A DNA stretch of 64,000 nt from Paraspadella gotoi (taxonomy: Eukaryota > Animalia > Chaetognatha). Location of the stretch: contig JBJCIZ010000744.1 of assembly GCA_051294375.1 (NCBI GenBank), forward strand, positions 1,354,262 to 1,418,261, read 5' to 3'. This document shows, piece after piece, positions 27,171 to 39,700 of the stretch. The position numbers and the translations under genes were made by a program. The stretch's first letter is position 1; the number at the start of each line of letters is the position of its first letter. The notes below the pieces were generated by a model, which searched no databases, was not told the origin of the DNA, and saw nothing but the letters and a program-made list of their open reading frames with translations.

Positions 27171-27692
27171 CGTGCTGGTCAGTAGGAGGATATCCGATTG
27201 TAGAGAGAGTGTTTGTTTATGTCCAATTTAAAATAAAAAAAGCGATGTAACGTAAACACAGATCTTTTGGTTTTTTACCCCGACTAAATATTATCGGATA
27301 AAGAATAAAGAATAATGTAGAAGAATAGAATATAGGATATTATTATAAATTTCACATAATAATAATAATAATAATAATAATAATNNNNNNNNNNATAATA
27401 ATAATAATAATAATAATAATTATATCTTTTTAGTAATCCCCTTTGCCATTTTGTTTTTTCCCCCTTTTTTCCGCCAGAGTAAAAATCGTCGGATTCTCCT
27501 GCTTCTTTGTTTGTATCAGATTTTCGTTGGTGAACCTAAAAATGGTCTTCCTCGGGTCTTCCTCGGGTTTATTTATGAATTATCTCTATAGTTGTTAATT
27601 ATTAATGTTTATTTAGTGATTTAAAGGATTTCTGTCGGTTCCTGTATATTGCACTATGCCATGATAGAAATCTACTATGAAATTAAATTCAA

Positions 27693-28263
27693 TAGGGGCG
27701 GGGTTCAAAACTTTATTCTTGAAGTCTACTTTTAGGTAAAAAAGAATTTTTTAAAAAAGTTCGATTTTAATGCTTTTATTGTTGCTATTAAAATTACAAT
27801 ATTACTATATAATGATAAAAAATTTTTTAATCAATCTTAACTTTTTTGATGGATTCTGATAGAGCATAAAAAGTTAAATAAAAAATTTAACTACAACTTT
27901 CCAAAATATTTATGTTTTCTTGGTCAAAATTAAGAAAAAGTAATAAAATTATCGAAAAATGATGATGATGATTATAAATATTTTTCATATTTTTTCACAT
28001 ACTTATGATTAAAATATCGAAAAAGAATTATACTTTGTGTAGACAACTTTTTGCAAGCTACCTGAATCTGATCTTAAAAATCAAAAAATCAAAAAAAAAT
28101 TTTAGCCTTTCCTATTATAAATAAATATTAAAAATTAATATATTGAGTATGGAGTAATATAAAAAAAATTGTCTATTCAAATTTTTTTTAAAATGTCTAA
28201 ATTTTCGTTTGAGCAGGTGCTTAATGCAATTTCTTAACCACTTACTGAGTTAGTCTCCCCCTA
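27693..28263. mobile_element. Probable older MITE related to the hAT MITE family
   Basis: Ends TAGGGGCG...CTCCCCCTA and patchy internal similarity to 776-1400; no TSD seen. Confidence 0.4.
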
Positions 28264-28415
28264 CCAATGACGACGAATTAGCTAAAAAGTAGCGTTAATT
28301 TCAAAAACTTTTCTTCCAGGTTAAAAATATCGTAAAATTTAAACTAAACCGATCGCAGAAACAGTCAGTCCTCCGTTAATTTAAAAACTGCTTAACAAAA
28401 AAAGAAATAAATAAA

Positions 28416-31311
28416 ATGGCCCAAGTCCCATTAGCCCCCGGCCGCGTCCTCAAGAACGAAGCCGAGGAGGAACGTGCCGAGACGGCACGCCTCTCGGCCT
28501 TCGTCGGAGCCATCGCCATCGGCGACCTCGTCAAATCGACCCTCGGCCCCAAAGGCATGGACAAGATCCTGGTCAGCACTGGCGGCGGACGCGCCGCCTC
28601 GGGCGACCTCCAAGTGACCAACGACGGCGCCACGATCCTCAAATCGATCGGGATCGACAATCCCGCCGCCAAAGTCCTCGTCGACATCTCCAAAGTCCAG
28701 GACGACGAAGTGGGCGACGGCACTACCTCCGTAGTCGTTCTGGCCTCCGAACTTCTCAAGGAGGCGGAACGTCTCGTCAGCCTCAAGATTCATCCCCAGA
28801 CGATCATTTCCGGTTGGCGAAGGGCGACGGAGGTGGCGCGCAAAGCGTTGGCCGCCTCCGCCATGGACAACGGCGCCGACGCCGACAAGTTCCGCGCGGA
28901 TCTGCTTAACATCGCGAGGACGACGCTGAGTTCGAAGCTCCTGACGCAGCACAAGGAGCACTTCGCCCAGCTGGCCGTCGACGCCGTCACGCGCTTGCGC
29001 GGATCAGGGAATTTGGACGCGATTCAGATTCTCAAGAAGTTGGGAGGAGCGATGACGGATTCGTATTTGGAGGAAGGGTTCTTATTGGATAAGAAGGTAA
29101 AAAGTCAGCCAATCGGATTCATTTGTGTTTTCCTTTGAGGTTGATTTTTAGTATTTTATTGTATGAAATTGTTACAACCAATATAAAAATTATCCATAAT
29201 ATATTATAGCGTTTAACAAGTCTACATTGGATAATGTAACCTAAAATATTGTACCCTACAAATAGTATTACTGGCTTTTCATTTAAGCTTAACATTACTA
29301 TTACTCAGAAGGCAAACTATACATAGTTTCCTATCAATTTTGACGCTAAATAAACTGCTGATTAATGGTAAGCATCGAATACCTTTATCATTACCCTAAC
29401 ACATTAACTGCTATTCTTTGATGACAAATAATTCCATTTTTTATCTAAAATCAAATGCATTTAAAAATCCCGATATTTAACCTTCGCCCCCCCAGGTGGG
29501 CCTCAACCAGCCCAAGCGCATGGAGAACTGCCGCATCCTCGTGGCCAACACTCCCATGGACGCCGACAAGATCAAAGTGTTTGGGTCGCGGGTTCGCGTG
29601 GATTCCGTCGCCAAAGTCGCCGAACTCGAGTTGGCCGAGAAAGAAAAGATGAAGGATAAAGTGAGTAAAACGTTAAGCGCATTAATCTCGTTTACATATT
29701 GTCGTTATTTTGGTTTTATTTCGTTAAAATGATTGGTTTAATCTCTTTCCCCCCAAGTTTTATTTTTTTTGCACTCGGCTTTAGGTTTAACATATCTTAG
29801 CATTGCTGAATTGCGAGGGAGCTCACCCAGCTCACATGTTTTTTTTTGCATCAGTTTTAAATTAATCATTTCTCTTTTCTAATGCTCGCAAATCAGTTTT
29901 ATTAGATACCGTTTGACAGTTTTATTTTGCCTCCATTGACTAAAAAACTACCTAAATTTCACAAATACGTTCAAACTTTGTTTGTCAAATGCCCTTATTG
30001 TTAATTGTTATATTAGTTACGTGATGCCATTGCCTATCCCTCTTGACCAACATCTGCCCAATAATCAGGTGGACAAGATCTTGGCCCACGGCTGCAACGT
30101 CTTCATCAACCGTCAATTAATCTACAACTACCCCGAGCAGCTCTTCGCCGACCGCGGGGTCATGTCCATCGAGCACGCCGACTTCGAGGGCGTGGAGCGT
30201 CTCGCTCTCGTCCTCGGCGCCGAGATCGTCTCCACGTTCGACGCACCGGAGGCGGTGAGTGGGGAAGAGGAGCGGCGGCGGGATGTGTATCTCTGTTTGG
30301 TCTGTCTCGGGTTAACTGAATTGATAATAAGGCCTCTGCTTAAATTGATATTGCTTAATGCTCGGTGTTTATGGTTATTTCAAACTCGTCGCCAAATAGG
30401 CTTTATCGACTTTGCCGTTTTTGATGTACTTTTAACCTAGTCTGGAACAGACTGTTATTAATTTTAAAAATATTTAGTTATGATAGTTATGAGTTAAGTG
30501 AAAGAGTTCTATAACTATGAGAAGTATTCTTTCCTTGTTCACGAAAAAAAAATTGTCAACACGACCCAACCAGTATATTGTTTCAAATTGTTAGAAAATA
30601 ATCGTATTTCCAATCCGACAATTAACTTGTCTAAGCTTGTATCGTTTGGTTTATCCTCTCCTATCCAATCCTATCCATTTATTATCCATCCAATCCCTAT
30701 CCAACCCCTTCTTCCAGGTCCGCCTCGGCGAGTGCGCCCTCATCTCCGAGACGATGATCGGCGAAGACAAACTCCTCAAATTCTCCGGCGTTAAATTGGG
30801 CGAAGCTTGCACCGTCGTGCTCCGAGGCGCCACCCAGCAGATCCTCGACGAATCCGAGCGCTCTCTCCACGACGCCCTCTGCGTTCTCACTCAGACCGTC
30901 AAGGAGACGCGGACCGTCCACGGCGGCGGCTGCTCCGAGGTCCTCATGGCCCGCGCCGTGACAGAATTGGCTCTGGCCACGGAGGGCAAAGAGGCTCTGG
31001 CCGTGGAGGCCTTCGCCAACGCCCTCCTCAAGATCCCGACGGTGATCGCCGATAACGCGGGATATGACTCGGCCGATCTGGTCGCCAGGATCAGAGCCAG
31101 GCATGCCAGAGGCGAGGTCAGAGCAGGGTTGGATATGGAGCTCGGCGAAGTCGGCGACATGGCTGAGCTCGGGATCACGGAGAGCTTCCAGTGCAAGCGA
31201 CAGGTGCTGCTGTCGGCGTCGGAGGCGGCGGAGATGATCCTCAGGGTGGACGACATCATCAAGGCGGCGCCGAGGCAGAGGGCGAAGGATCCGAGGGGTG
31301 GGATGATGTAG
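28416..31311 (+). CDS. CCT2: T-complex protein 1 subunit beta; exons 28416-29096, 29496-29660, 30069-30254, 30718-31311
   Basis: [79 protein letters not shown]; canonical GT-AG. Confidence 0.97.
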
Positions 31312-31773
31312 ACGACGATGATGGAGTGCTGGAAAATAAAAAGGTGTGCTGGAGGAGAGCGTCCAAACAAACCTACGGAAGGATGTACTGTTCTGCGATT
31401 CGCGTTTTTTTACTTTTAGGCCAACCAAAACTGTTTTGCTGTTTTACAAATCTTTTTTCCGAACGTGAAATAACGTGCATGTTTCAATCCAGTTTATTTA
31501 AAAATAAAGAAAAAGATACGTGCCTATTCTTTTCTCAGTTTACATTTTTGGCTTTTTTTTTCCAGAAGAAAGATAATAAAAAGTATTGGAATCTTAAGAT
31601 TTTTTTTTTTCCAAAAATTTTTTCGACGTATTTTATCAGTAAAGATAATTCGTGTTCGCCGCTAAAGGAAATAGAGAGTGAGACGGCCCCAAGACAAAGC
31701 GTGCCGTCTCCTCCTACCCATTGCCATCTTTCCCATCGTCTTCAAGTGCCATCTCCCTCTTCCTCTTAAAACG

Positions 31774-34700
31774 ATGACGTTGCCGATAGCATCGCGATCT
31801 CTCGGTCGCCTCCTCTCTTCCTCCCCCCTCTCCCACTCGTTGAGCTCCTCCCCCATCCTCCTCGCTAAATTCGCCGGGGAAAGCGAGTCCGGCGTCGGCG
31901 GCGGATTTCTCCGCCCCGGCAGCGTCGGCGACGCCGGACAGGTTCGTCGACAACACGACGCTCGTCCGACGCGGCTGCCTTCGAGTCTTACTGTGATCAA
32001 ATTCGTTCCTCAACAGGTGAGAGTTAAAGAGGGTGGGAGATGGGTGGCTGGGGTTAAGGTAAGGTAAGGGAATAGGATTAGTGAAGAGACAGTAATACAG
32101 TAATACAGTAATTGTTACGAGTTAGTGACAGAACCGTTCAATATAAGCAGTCCATGAGCTTCGGATCTGGCTGTAACACCGTGTTACAGGCGGGTTAAGC
32201 GCCCCGTCCCTCTTAACTGCCAGACGACCACCGGGCTAGAACCCCGGACCTTTGGGTTGGGAGGCGAGTGACTTGCCTCCTGCACCAATGACCACTGATG
32301 AACGGTTGGTTGATTTTAGTCCTCCATAATAGTAAGTTTTCGTCCCACTATTCAAAGTCATGAAATGTCTCTAGCTTTTTCTTCGTTTCGTTGATGTGTT
32401 CGGGTTTTTCTTCGCCATAGTATCTTTGCCGTTTCGCTATTTTCGATGACGTTTAAATTATCACGATGAAATAGATAACGAACAAAATGTTTATTTACTT
32501 ATTTACAATCGATAAGGCAATGTGAATAAAATAATTGAGTTAGAAATTGAATATCAACCATTCGGGCCGAGGGCAGCTTCGCTTATGAAAACTAAAGTCC
32601 TTCGTCCTACTCCCTCGGCCCATGAAACAATTTCCCTATGACCTAGTCCCACTCTCCGCCCTCTGATTCGCTAAGAGCTAAAAACCACGATCGAATAAAC
32701 AGGGAGAGGGGGAGAGTGAGAGAGAGAGTTCACATCGATCGAAATAGAGTGGAGGCGGATCCCGTATCCGCTGACGGTATATTAATACCAGTTAATAGTT
32801 AATACTTTGTAGAAGTTAATACTGATTCATTACTAATTCTCACACCTCAGGAAGCCTGGGTGATCGAACGAATGGGAAAGTTTTGGGCGGTGTTCGAGCC
32901 GGGATTCAACTACCTCATCCCGGGCATCGATCAGGTTAAATACGTCCAGAGCCTCAAGGAAATCGCCATCGACATTCCTCAGCAGTCGGCCATCACCCTC
33001 GACAACGTCACCCTGCAGATCGACGGTGTGGCGGGCGGGGAAGAAATAAGGGGAGAGAGAGAGAGAGTTGGATAGAAAGCTGATCGAGGAAGTGCAAAAG
33101 AGCTCAGAGTTCGTCAATCCTTAGGCCCTTAGATTCGATAAGGTTTTTTTTTCAATTTTACACTTTTAATGCTTTAATTTTGTTAATATTGAGAAATTTT
33201 AAAAGCAAGACTTGGCAAAATAAAATTTTAATTATTTAAAATTTGGTTATTATTAAATTAGTAATTGTACATTTTTCAGGAGTTCTCTATCTCAAAGTCG
33301 TGGATCCTTACAAAGCCAGTTACGGAGTGGAGGACGCCGAATTCGCCATCACGCAACTTGCGCAGACGACAATGAGGTCAGCACATTGTTGCCCCTTGTA
33401 AATTAGGTTTTTTCCCTTGCTAGGGATTAATTGTAACTTCTCTCAAACGGCGTTTTTATTAAAATTTTTATTTTCCCTGGACATTAGTACTAAATCTTAG
33501 TCCAGCTCAAGTAATTAGAATATGTGAATTGTCGTAATTGTGTAATAATCCAAATGGCGATAAAGATTTTGCGGGTTTGTCCGACTATCAAGTGGAAACG
33601 TTGGTGGCTAAGTAACTAAAGCAGTTACTTCCCATTTTCTCTTTCTCTTATCATTCCTCACTCATATACTCGGCAATGGACTCCCTCTCCTTACGCACAC
33701 TTCCACGATCTCTCACGCATTGAAACGAGTATCCATCGTTTATAACTAACAATTATTAATCATACTTACAATAATATTCGCCCGCCTCAACCCTCTCCTC
33801 GTTCCAGATCGGAAATCGGGAAGATCCCTTTAGACACGGTGTTCCGCGAGCGCGAGTCCCTCAACGTCAACATCGTCCATCAGATCAACAACGCGGCGGA
33901 GGCTTGGGGCATCGACTGCAAGAGATACGAGATCAGGGATATCTCCGTCCCGGCCAGAGTCAAAGAGGCCATGCAGGTTGCGTTTCGAGGGTGTGAGACT
34001 GTGAGTGCGTTAGGGAGGTTGTGGCAGTGAATATGTTTTGAAAATGTTGTCAAAGTAATTAGTAATCCGACCGACCGACTCTTCTCACGGCCAAAATGAA
34101 TCCGCGCTAAACTTTCGCTCCGGATTCAATTCCATTGGCAACCTCTCCGTTGGGGAAGACTGAGGGTGTTAGTAAAAGTATAACCGCTCACTGACAATAT
34201 TATTGTATTACGTAGTCTGCCCCTAACGCCGTTGCTCACTTTAGATAATATAGCCATTAAAACGAGTGGTCAGATTATTCGGCGCCTCTTTATATAGTTA
34301 AATAGGGTAATGATAAAATTATTAAACAAAATGAATAAATTTAATAAAGTTTAACAAAAGTTAAACTCCGCCCTTTCCTCTCCCAGATGCAAGTGGAGGC
34401 GGAGCGAAAGAAAAGAGCGGCGATTCTGGAATCTGAAGGAATTCGCGAATCTGATATCAACGTCGCCATGGGGAAGAAACAGGCCGCCATTTTGGCCTCG
34501 GAGGGTAAGTTTCGGAGGCTTTGTCGGGAAGACACTTTCATGAAGATTCGTCATCGGACTTTTATTCATTTGAATATTTATTCATTGACAAATAAAACAT
34601 TTCACCACGTGTCTATTCATTTATTATTCATTGATTGATATTTATTATTCAATGCCTTTCCTTTTCAGCTATCATAAACTTTATCACTTCCTTCGTTATC

Positions 34701-36015
34701 ACTCCTATTCCCCCTCAGGTCTTATGGCGGAGAAGGTCAACATCGCCAAGGGTCACGCGGAGGCCATCCAACGCACGGCCGAAGCCCGTGCCACCGGCCT
34801 CGTCAAAGTCGCATCCGCTTTGCAGGTTTCCCCACCCTTCCGCTCTGCCCTTTTGTTTTTCTTTTGAATTCCCACGCCCACTTAAAGATCACCTCCCCCC
34901 TTTTTGTTCTTCCAATCAGGACGCCAACGGGAACAACGCCGCGTCATTCGCCGTCGCCGAACAGTACGTCGCCGCTTTTTCCAATTTGGCCAAATCGGGA
35001 AACACGATCCTTTTGCCCTCCAACACGGGAGACGTCGCTTCCATGGTGAGGAAGGGATCGAGGTCAATTGATTAAAACGACGATAAAATAATAAACTATG
35101 ATCCTAAAGGTGACCCAAGCGATGGGCGCCTACAACTCTTGCCTTAACCGCGTCGCCACCGCCGCCGTGCCCGCCGAGTCGATGGCGGCGGCGGCGACTG
35201 TAGCCGTCGCGGCGACCGCCGCTGGCGAGACTTTGGCAGCGACCGAGTTGAGAAAGCGGTTTCAGTCAGAGACGTCAAGTATTTTTTTTTTATTTTTTTT
35301 TTTTTTTTTTTTTGCTAAATTGGTTTATGCAAGACATTCGTTACCTTTCTTTTTTATAGTTTAATTTATTTTTTCTTAAAGGCCGCTCTAATCTGTTTTC
35401 AATATCTCCATCGTTTATGCTCAATGAACCGATACCTCTTTCTCCTCTCCCTACTTTTCCTCCTTCTCTTTCTCCTCTCCCTACTTTTTCCTCCTTCTCT
35501 TTCTCCTCTCCCTACTTTTCCTCCTTCTCTTTCTCCTCTCCCTACTTTTCCTCCTTCTCTTTCTCCTCTCCCTACTTTTCCTCCTTCTCTTTCTCCTCTC
35601 CCTACTTTTCCTCCTTCTCTTTCTCCTCTCCCTACTTTTCCTCCTTCTCTTTCTCCTCTACTTTTCCTCCCTTCTCTTCTCCTCTACCTACTTTCCCAAC
35701 TTCTCTTTCTCCTCCTCTCCCTACTTTCCAATCTTATCTTCCTATTCCTCTCCCTAATTTCCCTCCTTCTCTTCCTCCTCCTCTCCCTAATTTCCCTCCT
35801 TCTCTTCCTCCTCTTACTCCTTCTCTTCCTCCTCCTCTCCCTCTCCTCCTTCTCTTCCTCCTCCTCTCCCTCCCTCCCCTCTTCTTCCTCAGGTGACGCA
35901 AGCGATGGGAGTGTACAAGACGCTGACGTCTTCGTCGCCGCCAAATGATCTCGACGTCTCCGCCGAGGGAGAGGAGGAGGAGGAAGAGGAGGAGAAGGGG
36001 AATCGTGCAAGTTGA
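31774..36015 (+). CDS. STOML2: Stomatin-like protein 2 (mitochondrial SPFH); exons 31774-32016, 32851-33025, 33280-33376, 33808-33976, 34387-34504, 34719-34825, 34920-35045, then last exon from 35110 or 35893-36015
   Basis: FVPQQEAWVIERMGKF, YVQSLKEIAIDIPQQSAITLDNV, AMQMQVEAERKKRAAILESEG, AEQYVAAFSNLAK; Ser/Arg-rich presequence-like N-terminus. Confidence 0.95.
32084..32327 (-). mobile_element. tRNA-derived SINE-like repeat in STOML2 intron 1
   Basis: Reverse complement of the family sequence. Confidence 0.8.
35432..35890. repeat. Polypyrimidine tract with a 30-bp tandem unit (ctctttctcctctccctacttttcctcctt), ~7-8 units
   Basis: Visible tandem periodicity. Confidence 0.9.
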
Positions 36016-36755
36016 CGAGGAGGAGAGAGGGAGGAGAAGGCTCGTGCTCAATGAGGTGACAGTTTGTCAAATGCATCGATATATAAATTATTATATATAT
36101 ATATATAGAGAGAGATTATCGAGATTTGTTACTAACAAATCTCGTTTGAGCCCAATAATACCAATTGCTTTTTTTTTTTTGATTCATAAAAATTAAAAAC
36201 AATGCTACACTTTGATATAATTTATAACGATTACTAAAATTCGTTTTGTTTTGTAATCAGCTTGGTTTTTTTTTTAAATTTTTTTTTTTTTCAGGCTAAT
36301 TTTTCAATGAACCAGCGTCTTGATTCGTAAACCGGCGCCTAAAATCGACAATATCTCAACTGACTTTATTTGGAAACGAACGGTGTTGACTATTAGGGTC
36401 GGGGGTTGGAGATGACAGTGAGCGAGCGGGATGGATGCTAATTATTAATAAAGCAATCAATCCAAGAACGAGATTTTGAATTATATTTGAACGAAACTGA
36501 AAAGTTTTTTTTTTCCTCTCAACGAACTGACTGTCCCTCGGTTTTTTTTTTTATTTCCGGCGGAATTCCTTGTTGATATTCGTATTTTTTTTAATTTACA
36601 GAATTAATGCATAGAAAGCGGAATTATATCGTTACTTACGTATATAAACTAATAAACTCTTAAAATTAACCACTCACCACCTCCCTTAGTAACCCGACGA
36701 TCGGGTTCCCGAAAGATTCTCTCTCTCCACCCTCTCCTTCCCAAATAACGGAATT

Positions 36756-39700
36756 ATGTACGCCAACTGGGGTCAGCAGCAGTGGGGAGGTCAGCAGCCG
36801 CCTCCGCCGCCGCCGGAACCGCAAACGGGCCAGCAGCAGCCGCCCGCGCCGCCCGACACGCAGATGCAGCACATGGCTTATTGGCAACAGTGGCAAGGTC
36901 AGAGGATAAGATAATATTTAAATTATATTATTTATTACATTTACAAAGTAAAGAATTGATATTTATTTTTCCCAAAACAGGAGGCGCAGACCCTGCTTAC
37001 GGTTGGAACCCAGCCGCTGCGGGGGGCTACGCCGCCTACGGCACAGCGCCGCTTCCGCCGGCCGCCGCGAGCTCGGCCCAGGAGCAGTGGAACGCCCACT
37101 ACCAGCAATGGCCGACGCCGGCACCCACCTCTTCTACGCCGGCGTCCAGCGCGGCGCCGGCACCGCCCGCTTCGTCACAACCGCCGGGTGAGTCGGAGGG
37201 TGATTATCGTCGTTATTATTAATAAATTGGTACAACCAATATAAAATTATTCATTCATTTAATAAATAAGCTATCTTGCCACTGACTTCGGACACTCGAC
37301 ACTGGATAGTGGATAGGCTTTGGTGGTTTATGGCCTCCATCACACTTACAAGATTTTTTTTTTCCTTAAAAAGCAATAAAATAGTATTTAATGGTCGGGA
37401 CTATTAATCTAAAATGACAAATACATGCATAAACACAAAAGATAAATACTTAATATCGTAAATTACAAATCAACGAAAATAATTGCCTCGATTGGAAGAC
37501 TTCTGCAGGACCCTGCAAGCTTTCAATCAAGAATTGTTTATTTGCTCCCTTACAACCTGGCTTCCCTATCAATGAAGTGATCTAATATTTCAATGAATGT
37601 TTCAATTGTATGTAATTTGTCAACTCAGCTCCCACAACCGCTCCATCGACAGCGGCAGCGGCGCCGCCGCTCCCAGAGACGCCCGCCGAATCTTTGGAAG
37701 ACATTGAGAAAGAAGAGGCGAATTACTTGAAGCAGTACGAGGATTACAAGAAGCAGTTTGAGACTTGGAGGTGAGAGAAGGCAGAATGCAGTAATCTTGG
37801 TAGGGTGGATGAGCCGGAAGCCAGATTACATTGGTTTAGAAGTGGCATTGCAGACTATGAGTTAAAATTGCGTCGCGTTACTATTTTATTTTAAGTTAAG
37901 CTTATCCCTTTTTTTTTTCGTACAATTTATTATCCCGCCCCACAATTTCTTTCCTCTTCCTTTTCCCGTCCCTTCGTTCCTACCCCTCTTCCCTCTTTTT
38001 CATTCCCCTCCTCCCCCACCCTTCTCCCCCCACCCTTCTCCCCTCCCCCCCAGATCCCAAAACGAGAACCACCCCAACCGTCAAATGTTCAATCAGTACA
38101 TGAGTCAGTGGACCGAGTGGGAGGCGCAGATGAACGTGAAGAAGAAACAGTTTCAGGAGAGGAAGGAGGCGGTGAAGAAGTCTCAGGAGGCGGCGGCGGC
38201 GCAGGCTAAGGCGAGGGGTAAGTAAGGAGTGGAGTTTGGGATAAATTGTTCGGTGGGTTTTGATAAATACTTTCGTGTGTGAGGTCGTCTTTTTTGCCCT
38301 TTTAGTGACATCAAAATACAATGTGACATTTTCTTTAACTTTTCTTTCTCACCCCTGCACTTATTCCTTCCCCTCCTCTTCTTTCCCCCCCACCTCTCAC
38401 TTTCCTCTTCCTTCCCCATTTTCAATATTTTTAACCCTACCTTTCCACATTTTTCAGCGGTGGCCCAAAAGTTTAACGCCCAAGCGCCCTCGTCCGTCGC
38501 AGGTAAGGAAAGCTGATGCTACGGACAGTAACAATTTGCTATGAATAACATTTTTTTATCTCTCCAGCCTTTGCAGGCTTGTGCGAGATAATCTTTCAGT
38601 TCTGCTTTTTTAAACCTCATGAAAATTATGCATTAAACATTGCATACAGATTCCTTTTCGCCCTATCCAATCTCAGGTCAATGGAGCTACCCTCCATCTT
38701 CCTACGGCCAACAGCAGCCGGGTCAGCAGCCGCAGCCGCCGCAGTGGAATTATCAGGTGAGAGACGATGATCGATTCGCGGTTTCAAGGCGGCGTCGGAT
38801 CTTTGCCACGAAATTCGTGAAAATAGAGAGCGAGACAAAAGAGAGAGTTGCTGATTGCAAATTTACCTCACCCCGATTCCCTCAATCTTTCCCCCAATTG
38901 GCCAGTAGAGTGGAGCACTTGAGAACAAAAATTTGATTAATTATTTTTATGCGAAATAGTATGATTATTGAATACAAAAAGTATTTTGTTAATATTGTTT
39001 CGGGAAAAAAAAAGAAAAGCAAAATACAATATATTACTAGTATTATCCTTATAAAATAATAATATTTTCAAAATAATATTTTGAAATGTTTTATTAAAGA
39101 TTCAGATTTTTCATAAAAAGTTAGATCAAAAATATAAAACATGTTATGACAAATTTCTTTGTTTTCAGTATCAAAATTGGAAAAAAGGTCAAAATTCTTA
39201 ACTTTTTAACTCTTCAACTATTATATGATAAACCGTTTTTATCGTTTTTCGCAGTTTTAACATTAAAATATTATGTAAATCGTTTTTCATAAATTCATTA
39301 AATTCTTTGTAACATATTTTATAAAAGTTTTTTTTATTTTTTCTGACGAATCCGAATCTGTTATTAAAATTTTTTTTAAATAAATTTGAAATTTTACTAC
39401 TTTATAAGGATATTATTACAAAAAAAAATACAATTTGCTTTACTGGTATCATCTTCTTTAATTACATATACGGAAGCAGCAAAAAAAATATTGTTAACTC
39501 TCTTAATCTTTTCATGACTCCACCCTATTGGCCAGTGAATGAGTAGTACAAATTTAAACGGTTGGCTTATTTCGCGATTATATTGCGGATTTATTCCGGT
39601 TGAAGGGGGAAAAAAAGAAATTAAATTGGAAGACTTCTCTCATTAATTTATTTTTCACTGTGGCAGAGATTTGTTATAAAGTTCTTTTTCCAGAGTGGAA

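Noticed and set aside
30697-31428. Long antisense ORFs over CCT2 and other GC-rich exons
   Set aside because: Expected shadow of high-GC3 codon usage; no independent motifs
32290-32330. Hammerhead in the SINE reverse strand (CTGATGA plus hairpin); also CTGATGA at ~8653 and ~17865
   Set aside because: No GAAA after the stem and no stem III
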